Positions 6,693-15,724 of a stretch of DNA of 28,614 nt are shown piece by piece. The notes under the pieces were generated by a model. The model saw only the letters and a program-made list of their open reading frames with translations. It searched no databases and was not told the DNA's origin. Within the stretch, counting starts at the first letter, position 1; each line of letters opens with the position of its first letter. This DNA is from a virus (taxonomy: Duplodnaviria; Caudoviricetes), in IMG/VR virus record IMGVR_UViG_3300009703_000080, positions 1 through 28,614 of that record. One strand, written 5' to 3'. A program made the position numbers and the translations under genes.

Positions 6693-9600
6693 ATGTCTAT
6701 AGTAGGTAGTAATGCAGGTAGAGCATCTTTCCAATATTTTAACGGTTCTAATTATGTAGAAGCACAAACTCCTGCTGGTAACAACGCATTAACGGAAATA
6801 AGTATTCAAGAAAATATTTACAATCCAATGAAAGTTAGTGCAACTTTAATCAATAAAGCAACCAATCCTCGTTCAGGAACTGCCTCAGCTACTAAGGGTA
6901 ATTTAACAGGAACAATTACAGCTTTTATGAAAGTTAGAATTGTTGATGCTTATTCTAAACAAATAATGTTTTCAGGTTTTGCAGAAGATGTGCAAGAAAA
7001 GTATGTGATGGGTATGGGTAATATCTTAGTGGTTCGTTGCTATGATAATCTTTATGAATTAAAAGACTATAGAACTGATTCATTAATTAGAATGGATACT
7101 ACCGATTCTGCTTACAACAGACGTAGTAGACTAATTGCTAAAATGATTGATTTTGCTAGTAAAACAGGAAACCTTGCAACGAGTGATACAGACCAATTTG
7201 AAACATCAACAATAGAATTTGCGGCAGGAACTGGAGATTTTCATCCGAAAGAAGCAGGTAAAACTGTACTTGCAGCAATAAAACAAATTGCCACTACTGA
7301 ACCACATACTAATAATCCATCTGCTTCAGTATCCCAAACAGATTTTGGACACGATTTTTACTTGGCTCCACAATTTACTTCAACAGCTACGAGTGCTACA
7401 CAAACACCTATGTTGAACTATTTTAAGAGAGCAACTCGTCCAAATACAGAAGCTAACATGGATACTTATGGTATGAAGATAGTATTCCCTTTAAGTTCAA
7501 GTGATACTGAGGGTGGGCAGACTAGAAGAATGTTATCTGACTTTGATTTTGATAGAGTAAGAACTGACATGGCTTCAGAAGCTCAAATTAAATTTGTAGA
7601 TAAAGGTGGTAAAGACGGAAGTGCACAAGGGCAGAGTAAAAAATTTGCACCCCTTAGAATAGCTAGATTAAATCCTACTGCAATTGGTACGCAAAGTGGG
7701 GTGGGTGCAGGAGTATTTACTTGGACTGAAAGACCACTTGCTGGAGATTATACAGTAAACGGAAACTACGTATACACAGATGGTAAAGAAGGTAATATCC
7801 ATCCTACAACCAGCACAAAAGATGAAGTAGGTGGTGGGTGGTTAGTCAGAATGTGGGCAAATACTATCGGTTCAAGTGCTACTGGAGCCTACCGACACAA
7901 CTTTAATGATGATATAGCAAAAACTACTAACACAAGCTACGGTTTTGAAAACAGTTGGATGAAATATATTGGAGTTCCTGAAAATGATGATAACAACTCT
8001 ACGCCTTGTGGGAAAGTAAGAATAAGTAGTATTGCAACAACCAACTTGGCTAGTAAAGATGAAGTGATAGTAAATACTGCCACGAATCATTTTTTACAAG
8101 CAGGCGATAGATTTATATTATCTAATATTCATTTGGGAGCAACAGGAGAAATAACTGAAAACGCTCAACAATTTCAAGGTACTAATGTAAATGGTAGAGC
8201 TTTTGGAAGAGAAACATTAGTAGCGACAGCCGTAGGTAACATGTCTACTAGTAATACAGATTTAATAGTTAATAAAAATCATAGATTAACTACTGGAGCT
8301 ACATCTTCAGGAACACATGTAAGACTTGATACAAGTTCAGAAGTTTTAGAAGTAACTGGTATAGCTAAAGGTAATTTAAATTTTGATACTGCGACTGTTG
8401 ACAGAGCACATGTCGGTTCAGCAGCAGCCGTTAGTAATACAACTACATCTAACTTAAAAGCAATTAATGTAAATATGTCACACGATAGTTCAGGACTTAA
8501 AGAACAAGAAGGTGGTGGTGGTGCAATATTTGACCATAATATTTTTAGAGTTGAACGAGTAATTTCAACCACTCAATTTATAGTGAAATCAAACTTAGCT
8601 GCTGTTTCTTGGACTTCAGGAACACTAAAATGTGGATTATTAAAAACAGCTATTGATGATAGTGCCTCTACAACAGATGTTGTATTAAAAACAGATAGCA
8701 CTATAAATGGTGTCCATATTCAAGCAGGGATGATTATAAAAATAGGTAGCGAAGAAATGCTTGTAAAAACAGCCACGCATGATAGTGGTGATGCTGATTT
8801 AGTTGTTGAAAGAGGATATAACGGAACCTCAAGAGCATCTCATAGTGCAGATGCTGAAGTAATTAGTATGCTATCTCACATAATACCAATTGTTGGTAGA
8901 GCACAATTTCAAACTAAATTAAATAGTTGGTCGTCAGGAACAGATTATATGTTAGTATCTGACCTTAACTCTAATTTTCCAACGACAGGACATTTTAGAT
9001 TAGCAGAAATAATATATAACAGCACAGATTATGGTTCTTACGCAGAGTTTAATTCTTCGTCCCTAACCATAAATAATGCTGATGTGATGGGCTTTAACAA
9101 ACCTAAAGTATTCACAGCATCTCCGATGGATAAAAACGCTGATGGAATACGAGTTGCCGCATCTGAAGCTTTGTCCTATGAAGATGAAACTCGTGGAGGC
9201 ACGGTAAGAATAAATAATTATCCTTATCAATATATAGATGGTACGGCAAACGCAGTTGCTAGTAGTGGAACAGTAGTGACCACTTATAATACAGCAAACA
9301 ACGCAGCTATAGACCCTGAAGCATATGGATTACGTGTAGGTATGGTAGCGTGGAAACTTTCAGGTAATAGTATGGCGGCTTATGGATATGTTTCAGCAAC
9401 TAGCTCAACTACATTTACAGTAACTTTAAATAGTGGTACTTTTTCAGCCGATGATAAATTTAGAATATTTGTTCCTTTACGAACAGGGCATTTAGTTCAA
9501 ATTAAAAACAAGTTAGTAGGTATCGATACTACAAGCAGTAATACATTTAGTGATAATCAAACATCTTTTATGGTATCAAGTATTGATTATACCGAGGGTC

Positions 9601-10931
9601 AGGGACAGCAAACTAGCACAATTAATTTAGTTAAAGCAGACGAAGGTAATATGGGACAAACAGCTTTTGCAAAGATTGCTCAAAATACAGAAGTATCAGC
9701 TTACTCTACGGCAGAAGATGAGATTGTTGAACACGAACCACCTACTATAGATGTTAATTTCAGAGCAGGTACATTAAGACCAGCTACAGGTGGTGGTACA
9801 GGTAGTTCAATTGAAAATTTAAATAGTTCTCTTCATTGGGAAGAAGGTCTTTTAAAATATAAAGGTGAGGAATATATAATTCTTCCTGGTAATAGTATAG
9901 ATGGATATATTTTAGACAATGAAAATAATCAACAAGCAGGTTCATCAGGTGCTCAATTATTTAATACTACTGATGACCGTGATTCAGAAGGAAGAAATTC
10001 TACCGATGGTGGTGGACCTGATGGTTTTCCTGATGCATTCCATGTTTGTTTTGTTGATTTAGGTAATTCATCTGGAAGCGTTAGATTAAATTGGGTTCAA
10101 GACAGCACTTACGAAAGTCAAGTTAAAGATAAAGCAAGTAAATTAATAATAGCTTATGGTTTTGCTACTTTAAATACAAACGGAGAAGCTTATTATGAGT
10201 GGGCATCAGGAATCAATCATATTGGAAGGTCAGTTACAACTGAAGCACCATACGTAGGACTAGGATATGGAAGTGGTTCTTTAAATGCTCCCGTTCTTGC
10301 TTTTGATGGAGATACTAATACAGGTATATACCACAATAGTGATGGTTCTATTGGTTTTGCATCAAACGGAACTTTTGAAGCAACTATTGATGACAATGGT
10401 TATTTTTACATTACTAATGGTATTGTGTTTGGGGGTGCTGGATTAAGCTCAGGTAATAATTTTATACAAGCTACTGGGTCAGGTGCTAGTCGAGTAATTC
10501 AATTTAACACAGATGATGGTAGTAGTGGTAACTCTAATAGAATGAGACTTTATAGTGGAGGTATGATTTTAGATACTTTATCAGCAAATACAGGGACAGA
10601 TTTAATTGTTGATACCAGTGTAGGATTTAATTTAGTTAGAAGTAAATCATCCTCTAAAAGATATAAAAAAGATATAAAAGATACAACATTAGTTCCTACA
10701 GAAAGAATATATGACTTACAACCAAAAGATTTTGTGTGGAAGGCAAATGATAAGTCAGATGTAGGATTAATTGCCGAAGAGGTAGCAGAAATTTTACCTG
10801 AATTTACAACACTTAATGTTGAGGGAGAGATTGAAGCAGTGCGATATGATTTACTTTCTGTAGCACTAATTGCTGAACTTAAAAAATTGAAAAACGAAAT
10901 AACTGAACTAAAGGAGAATTTAGATGCCTGA
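6693..10931 (+). CDS. Tail tip / baseplate hub-fibre fusion with C-terminal peptidase S74 intramolecular chaperone
   Basis: Hub-like N-terminus (VRIVD...MFSGFAEDV...VVRCYDNLYEL); S/T/G-rich beta domains; C-terminal SSKRYKKDI...GLIAEEVAEILPE...VRYDLLSVALIAELKKLK plus coiled coil. Confidence 0.85.
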   Translation: MSIVGSNAGRASFQYFNGSNYVEAQTPAGNNALTEISIQENIYNPMKVSATLINKATNPRSGTASATKGNLTGTITAFMKVRIVDAYSKQIMFSGFAEDVQEKYVMGMGNILVVRCYDNLYELKDYRTDSLIRMDTTDSAYNRRSRLIAKMIDFASKTGNLATSDTDQFETSTIEFAAGTGDFHPKEAGKTVLAAIKQIATTEPHTNNPSASVSQTDFGHDFYLAPQFTSTATSATQTPMLNYFKRATRPNTEANMDTYGMKIVFPLSSSDTEGGQTRRMLSDFDFDRVRTDMASEAQIKFVDKGGKDGSAQGQSKKFAPLRIARLNPTAIGTQSGVGAGVFTWTERPLAGDYTVNGNYVYTDGKEGNIHPTTSTKDEVGGGWLVRMWANTIGSSATGAYRHNFNDDIAKTTNTSYGFENSWMKYIGVPENDDNNSTPCGKVRISSIATTNLASKDEVIVNTATNHFLQAGDRFILSNIHLGATGEITENAQQFQGTNVNGRAFGRETLVATAVGNMSTSNTDLIVNKNHRLTTGATSSGTHVRLDTSSEVLEVTGIAKGNLNFDTATVDRAHVGSAAAVSNTTTSNLKAINVNMSHDSSGLKEQEGGGGAIFDHNIFRVERVISTTQFIVKSNLAAVSWTSGTLKCGLLKTAIDDSASTTDVVLKTDSTINGVHIQAGMIIKIGSEEMLVKTATHDSGDADLVVERGYNGTSRASHSADAEVISMLSHIIPIVGRAQFQTKLNSWSSGTDYMLVSDLNSNFPTTGHFRLAEIIYNSTDYGSYAEFNSSSLTINNADVMGFNKPKVFTASPMDKNADGIRVAASEALSYEDETRGGTVRINNYPYQYIDGTANAVASSGTVVTTYNTANNAAIDPEAYGLRVGMVAWKLSGNSMAAYGYVSATSSTTFTVTLNSGTFSADDKFRIFVPLRTGHLVQIKNKLVGIDTTSSNTFSDNQTSFMVSSIDYTEGQGQQTSTINLVKADEGNMGQTAFAKIAQNTEVSAYSTAEDEIVEHEPPTIDVNFRAGTLRPATGGGTGSSIENLNSSLHWEEGLLKYKGEEYIILPGNSIDGYILDNENNQQAGSSGAQLFNTTDDRDSEGRNSTDGGGPDGFPDAFHVCFVDLGNSSGSVRLNWVQDSTYESQVKDKASKLIIAYGFATLNTNGEAYYEWASGINHIGRSVTTEAPYVGLGYGSGSLNAPVLAFDGDTNTGIYHNSDGSIGFASNGTFEATIDDNGYFYITNGIVFGGAGLSSGNNFIQATGSGASRVIQFNTDDGSSGNSNRMRLYSGGMILDTLSANTGTDLIVDTSVGFNLVRSKSSSKRYKKDIKDTTLVPTERIYDLQPKDFVWKANDKSDVGLIAEEVAEILPEFTTLNVEGEIEAVRYDLLSVALIAELKKLKNEITELKENLDA

Positions 10932-11118
10932 TATTACATTATCATTTACAGATGCACAATGGGCACGCATGGAAGCTGCAGGAATACACTTAACAGGTAT
11001 AGGAACTGTGTCAGAAACGAACACTTTTGAAAGTTTATTAAAGGCAAATTTGAACCGTTTAATAAAAAAGAAAGTTGAAAGTTTTGAAAGAGCAAACGCA
11101 TCCGTTGATTCGTTTTAA
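10924..11118 (+). CDS. Hypothetical protein (64 aa), possible tail-associated factor
   Basis: SD AAGGAG upstream; overlaps end of tail tip gene; TAATG-coupled to next gene. Confidence 0.7.
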   Translation: MPDITLSFTDAQWARMEAAGIHLTGIGTVSETNTFESLLKANLNRLIKKKVESFERANASVDSF

Positions 11119-11501
11119 TGAACAAACTTAAACCTAAAATAATAAAACTTAGAAAAAACAATCCTCTAATGTCTAACGCAGAGATAGCTGAAAAAGTAGG
11201 TTGTAGTAGACAATATATACATAGATTATTAAAAAAAGAAGATTTCCCCAATCCACCCAGACCCAAGAAAATCAGACTTTGTGAGGTATGCAAAAAAGAA
11301 TCTACTCGTAAAGTACATAAGGGCAGATGTAGCTATGAGTATTACAAAATAGAACTTACATGTGCTTTTTGTAGGATAAAATTTAAAAGAGATAGAAGTG
11401 CAGTTATGCAAGGCTATCGCAAAGGATTTAGCGACATATATTGTTCTGCTGAATGTGTGCAAAAAGGTAGAAAAGATAAAACACTTAGTTGGGCTACATG
11501 A
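11118..11501 (+). CDS. HTH plus Cys-rich zinc-finger DNA-binding protein
   Basis: MSNAEIAEKVGCSRQYIHRLL is a helix-turn-helix; then CEVC, HKGRC, CAFC, YCSAEC. Confidence 0.75.
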   Translation: MNKLKPKIIKLRKNNPLMSNAEIAEKVGCSRQYIHRLLKKEDFPNPPRPKKIRLCEVCKKESTRKVHKGRCSYEYYKIELTCAFCRIKFKRDRSAVMQGYRKGFSDIYCSAECVQKGRKDKTLSWAT

Positions 11502-12043
11502 CAATACATATAGATGATAGTTTAATAACAAAATGGGAACCTAAAATTCAAGGGCTTGTTAATAAATATTATGTTAATGGCATGGATAAAGATGACTTAA
11601 TACAAGAATTAAGAATGGTATTAATGAGGTGTGCTGAAAAATACGATAGTAGCAAAAGCACAGCTAGTTTTCACACTTATGTTCATCGAGGAATGATAAA
11701 TACTTTGATAACATTAATTAATAAAGCTAATAAACTCCCAGAAGTACTCAGCTTTGATAAAACATTTATTTCGGTTACTGATGATGAACAGAATCCGAAT
11801 GAACTACAGAAAGCTTTACAAGACCCAAACGCCGAAGATTTTTCTAATTTACTCTTGCTAGATGACATATTATCTGATAATAATGATACATTCACAGAAA
11901 AAGAAAAAGCATTTATTGCTAGTCGTGTGGATGGACTTACGATGGAAGAAATAACAAATGACTTAGGTGAGTCATCTTATAGAGTAAGACAGAACTTAAA
12001 AGAAAAATTGAAAGCGTATATTGATGGAAAACAAAAAGTTTGA
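11498..12043 (+). CDS. Sigma-70 family RNA polymerase sigma factor (regions 2 and 4 only)
   Basis: Region 2: DDLIQELRMVLMRCAEKYDSSK..ASFHTYVHRGMIN; region 4-like: FTEKEKAFI..RVDGLTMEEITNDLGES. Start placed at ATGA overlap (11498). Confidence 0.85.
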   Translation: MTIHIDDSLITKWEPKIQGLVNKYYVNGMDKDDLIQELRMVLMRCAEKYDSSKSTASFHTYVHRGMINTLITLINKANKLPEVLSFDKTFISVTDDEQNPNELQKALQDPNAEDFSNLLLLDDILSDNNDTFTEKEKAFIASRVDGLTMEEITNDLGESSYRVRQNLKEKLKAYIDGKQKV

Positions 12044-12500
12044 AGATTATAATGCCAGGGATTTACATCTTAAATTTATGGAGTTATATGAACAATTAAA
12101 TTCTGAACCTTATAATGTAAATACAGGTAAAAATAAAAGCCCCTTTCCATTTGTTGGGGATGAAGTTAAAGGATTGAAAAAATTATTAGAATCCAAAGAT
12201 ATATATTTAATTCTTTGTGGTATGTATAATGCCATTGGTCAGAACACTACATATTTCTCAGTTTTAAATTTTATTAATTCCTTTGAAAGATATCAAACTC
12301 AACATGACCCAAAATTATATTGGCATGTAATTAGTAAGGGTACAGCAAAAGTGAAACAAGCTTGGATGCGATATAATGTATTAAAGGCTACATGGTTTCC
12401 AAATGCACGACAAACACAAGAATTAAAAACACTAGAAGAGAGATTTGAAAAATGGTTAGAAGGACAAGAAAAGGTGGCTTCATCAGAAATACTGAATTGA
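12024..12500 (+). CDS. Hypothetical helical protein upstream of the helicase
   Basis: 158-aa ORF overlapping both neighbours; no recognisable motif. Confidence 0.7.
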   Translation: MENKKFEDYNARDLHLKFMELYEQLNSEPYNVNTGKNKSPFPFVGDEVKGLKKLLESKDIYLILCGMYNAIGQNTTYFSVLNFINSFERYQTQHDPKLYWHVISKGTAKVKQAWMRYNVLKATWFPNARQTQELKTLEERFEKWLEGQEKVASSEILN

Positions 12501-12688
12501 CACCGAAGATGAAAAAATATAGAATAATAGCAATTAACTCTTTAACAGATAAACCAATCGGTGTAAAAGAATCTGTTGAGGGTTTAGAAGAAGCTAAAAA
12601 AATAGCTGACCTTATGGCAGAAGAAAAGAATCGAAGGTGTTATGTTTTAGATGATAGCAATAGGTCAGTATACAGAACAGAGGACTAA
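12452..12688 (+). CDS. Hypothetical protein (78 aa; alternative start 12509)
   Basis: Fills the gap and is TAATG-coupled to the helicase. Confidence 0.65.
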   Translation: MVRRTRKGGFIRNTELTPKMKKYRIIAINSLTDKPIGVKESVEGLEEAKKIADLMAEEKNRRCYVLDDSNRSVYRTED

Positions 12689-13941
12689 TGGAAAATTACG
12701 AATACGTAGAATCAGGAATTATATTAAATATAAAAGAGAAATCGACATTAGATGACTTTCCATTCAAATCAAAAGATTTTGCAGTACATGGGAAAGCATT
12801 TAGTTTCATAACAAATTTTTATGACGATTTTCAAGATTTCCCAAGTAAAAAAGTCTTGGCAGAAAATTTCCCAGATTTAGACATTAATGTTCCATCTACT
12901 GATTTTGGATATCTTACACAAGAATTTAGAAAACAAGTCATATTTAGAAAAGTAGTTGAATCATTCCAAAGAAATAAAGAAAATTTAAAGACTGACCCTA
13001 AGATGGCATTGGCTAAAATTATGGATGGTCTTGAAGATATTAACGTAGTCTATGATGAAGATGTTACATATTACGATTCTAGTAAATTAGATAGATTAGA
13101 TGAATATGAAAAGAAAATAAAAATGCGAAAATTAGGTGATGGTCTTATGGGTATACCAACACCTTTTGCAAACATCAACCGAACAGGCGTAGGGTGGCAA
13201 CCTGCTGATTTAATATCTTTCTTTGCTAGACCAACTGTAGGTAAAACTTGGATGTGTATACAAACTGCAGCTATTGCAATTATGAAAGGATACCGAACTT
13301 TATTTATATCAAGTGAAATGCCTACATCTGCAATTAATCTACGTATGGATGTAATCATGGCACATGCAAAAGGGTATGATTTTTCACATAAGGCTTTAAG
13401 AAATGGTGACCCTATAGATAAAGAAAAATATAAAGAGTTCTTAGAAGGACTAGACGAAAAAAACTTATTAGTATGTGACCACATTGAAGGTGAGTCAACA
13501 ATATCTATAGGTAGTATACAAGCATTGATAAGAAAACATAATCCTGACTTTGTTGTAGTAGATGGTATCTACTTAGTATCAAGTGGTGATGGTAGAAAAG
13601 CGATGTGGGAGCAAAACCACAGTTTGTTTTATGGCATGAAAAATATCTGCCTAGCTACCAATAAACCAATATTTGTCTCAACGCAAGCTACGAGAGAGGC
13701 GGCTGATATATTCACGCCACCTAGAGTCGACCAAGTAGCTTTTGGGGATGCCCTAATTAGAGCTTCTGATGTAGCCATAGCAATGGCTAAAGTAGAAGAA
13801 TCTGATGAACAACGCATGGTACAATATCAGAAGTATCGGGATGGTATATTACCTTCTGATACATCGTTATTACGATGGGATGTTGATAAGGGGCATATTG
13901 AAGAAATAAACGAGTCTATAAGTGAGGAGATAGAGTTTTGA
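12688..13941 (+). CDS. dnaB: Replicative DNA helicase (DnaB/SF4)
   Basis: GIPTPF, Walker A ARPTVGKT, LFISSEM, Walker B VVVDGIYL, STQATR, ASDVAI, QKYRDG. Confidence 0.93.
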   Translation: MENYEYVESGIILNIKEKSTLDDFPFKSKDFAVHGKAFSFITNFYDDFQDFPSKKVLAENFPDLDINVPSTDFGYLTQEFRKQVIFRKVVESFQRNKENLKTDPKMALAKIMDGLEDINVVYDEDVTYYDSSKLDRLDEYEKKIKMRKLGDGLMGIPTPFANINRTGVGWQPADLISFFARPTVGKTWMCIQTAAIAIMKGYRTLFISSEMPTSAINLRMDVIMAHAKGYDFSHKALRNGDPIDKEKYKEFLEGLDEKNLLVCDHIEGESTISIGSIQALIRKHNPDFVVVDGIYLVSSGDGRKAMWEQNHSLFYGMKNICLATNKPIFVSTQATREAADIFTPPRVDQVAFGDALIRASDVAIAMAKVEESDEQRMVQYQKYRDGILPSDTSLLRWDVDKGHIEEINESISEEIEF

Positions 13942-14123
13942 TTACAATGATTTTCAAGTACTGGGGTCTTTTCAAAAAGTACAAGGATGTTCTACCTGAA
14001 GTTATACAATTGGTTGATGTAGCAGTTAAAGCTGTTGAGGATGGAAAGATTTCAAAAAAAGAACAGAGTGCTTTGATGAGAGAATACTGGGACGTAATTA
14101 ATAAAATTAAAGAAAGTAAATAA
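13938..14123 (+). CDS. Hypothetical protein (about 61 aa)
   Basis: TTGA overlap with helicase stop, GAGGAG upstream, TAATG overlap with primase; alternative ATG at 13947. Confidence 0.65.
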   Translation: MITMIFKYWGLFKKYKDVLPEVIQLVDVAVKAVEDGKISKKEQSALMREYWDVINKIKESK

Positions 14124-14995
14124 TGATTGATTGGATAGAGGCGTTAGAAAAAGTTGGAATTGATGTGCCTTTAGGCATAGATGAATTTTCAATCAAGTGT
14201 CCTTTTCATGAGGATAACGTAGCGTCCTGTGCAATCAACATTGATAAAGGTGTGTGGATTTGTTTTGCAGGTTGTGGGCAGGGGTCATTAAAAACATTTC
14301 TTAAGAAACATTTAAATTATAATGATATACAACTAACAGAAGTTTTGACACCAAAACCAAGTTTGAGTTTAGATATCTTTGATGATATCGACATTACTAA
14401 AGTAGATGAAGAAATAGAAGATGTTTTTATACCTGACTTTATACCTAATAAATTTCCAAAATGGATTTATGATAGAGGGTTTACTGAAAGCATATTGAAG
14501 TTTTGGGGGTGTGGTACTAATAATTGGGGTGACTTAATTATTCCTATTCATAACACGCAAAACAAATTAGTGGGGTGGGTTGCTCGTAGGCAAAAAGCTA
14601 TACCTAAGTATATGTATTCCTACAAGTTTCAGAAATCTAAAGTGTTGTTCGGAGCACATAAGCTAGTTAACGTTGAAAAACACGTCTTATGTGTGACTGA
14701 AGGTGCTTTAGATACTATGTGGTTGTGGCAACACGGACTACCTAGTGTAGCAATATTAGGAGCAACGATGTCAAAAGAACAATGCAATCTACTAAGGTCT
14801 TTAAAAATCGAAGAGATTGTGTTATGTTTTGACAATGATGTAGCAGGGCAACGAGCTGCTGAAAAAGCAACAACAATGCTTTCAAGTAGTGTGCTTACAT
14901 CAGTTATAGAGTTGCCAAACATGTACAAAGATGTACAAGAAATAAACAACCAAGCATTACTCAAAGAAGTAATAGCAAATAGAAGCTTTTTTTAA
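14123..14995 (+). CDS. dnaG: DNA primase (DnaG-type: CHC2 zinc finger plus TOPRIM)
   Basis: CPFHED..SC...WICFAGCG; PKYMYS; VTEGALD; LCFDNDVAGQRA; KDVQE. Confidence 0.93.
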   Translation: MIDWIEALEKVGIDVPLGIDEFSIKCPFHEDNVASCAINIDKGVWICFAGCGQGSLKTFLKKHLNYNDIQLTEVLTPKPSLSLDIFDDIDITKVDEEIEDVFIPDFIPNKFPKWIYDRGFTESILKFWGCGTNNWGDLIIPIHNTQNKLVGWVARRQKAIPKYMYSYKFQKSKVLFGAHKLVNVEKHVLCVTEGALDTMWLWQHGLPSVAILGATMSKEQCNLLRSLKIEEIVLCFDNDVAGQRAAEKATTMLSSSVLTSVIELPNMYKDVQEINNQALLKEVIANRSFF

Positions 14996-15014
14996 AAGGC
15001 TCAAGGAGGAAAAA

Positions 15015-15716
15015 ATGGGTGGTATATCCATGATTTCACAGAGGCGAAAGCAAGTTAACGCTCCAGCCACTGTCAACAATAATCAATCAGAGCTTTGGTT
15101 CAAAGATGGCGACCAAGCCTTGATTAAATCAGTAGCAACAGGTCACACTGATGATACTGCAATGACTTACATTAAAGTTTACCAATATAGAGACGGTAAC
15201 ACTTTTAAAACTGTTCTTGATTCTGTATTTGATGCAGAAAAAGACGACTTCGCACTACCTGAAGGACTGACCATTGACGGCATTCCAGAAGGTGTTTCAC
15301 CAAAACAACAATTTGCTTTTTGGGCATACGTTGATGAGGTATTCCACAATGAAAGAAGAGTGGAATCTTGGGAGCCTGTGCAAGGCAAAAGTGGTAAAGA
15401 GATGTTCAAAGAAGTAGTAAATGACTTCAAGGTCATCAAATTAGGTTTTGGACGAGGGGATATTGTCTTCGGACAGTTAGAAGAAATCTATGAAGATGAA
15501 GGTAGTCTAAACAAATCACCTATCCGAATTAAAAGGATGGGGGCAGGTTTAGATACAAGCTACCACATTACATCGCTTGCAAGGGAGTTAGAAATACCTG
15601 CTGATAAACAAGCAGAAATTGCTAACCTACCTTCAATAACTCAATACTGTATTGACACTTGGGGTGTAAAGGCAGGAACCGAAGCAGAACAATCTGCCGA
15701 TAACTTGTTTGAGTAA
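15015..15716 (+). CDS. Putative single-stranded DNA-binding protein
   Basis: Between primase and polymerase; IKRMGAGLDTSYHI pattern of T4 gp32-like phage SSBs; acidic C-terminus ending DNLFE; strong SD AAGGAGG. Confidence 0.7.
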   Translation: MGGISMISQRRKQVNAPATVNNNQSELWFKDGDQALIKSVATGHTDDTAMTYIKVYQYRDGNTFKTVLDSVFDAEKDDFALPEGLTIDGIPEGVSPKQQFAFWAYVDEVFHNERRVESWEPVQGKSGKEMFKEVVNDFKVIKLGFGRGDIVFGQLEEIYEDEGSLNKSPIRIKRMGAGLDTSYHITSLARELEIPADKQAEIANLPSITQYCIDTWGVKAGTEAEQSADNLFE

Positions 15717-15724
15717 AGGTTCTT

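Noticed and set aside
14982-15002. Possible terminator hairpin after the primase
   Set aside because: Stem is almost all A-T pairs and has no following U-tract.
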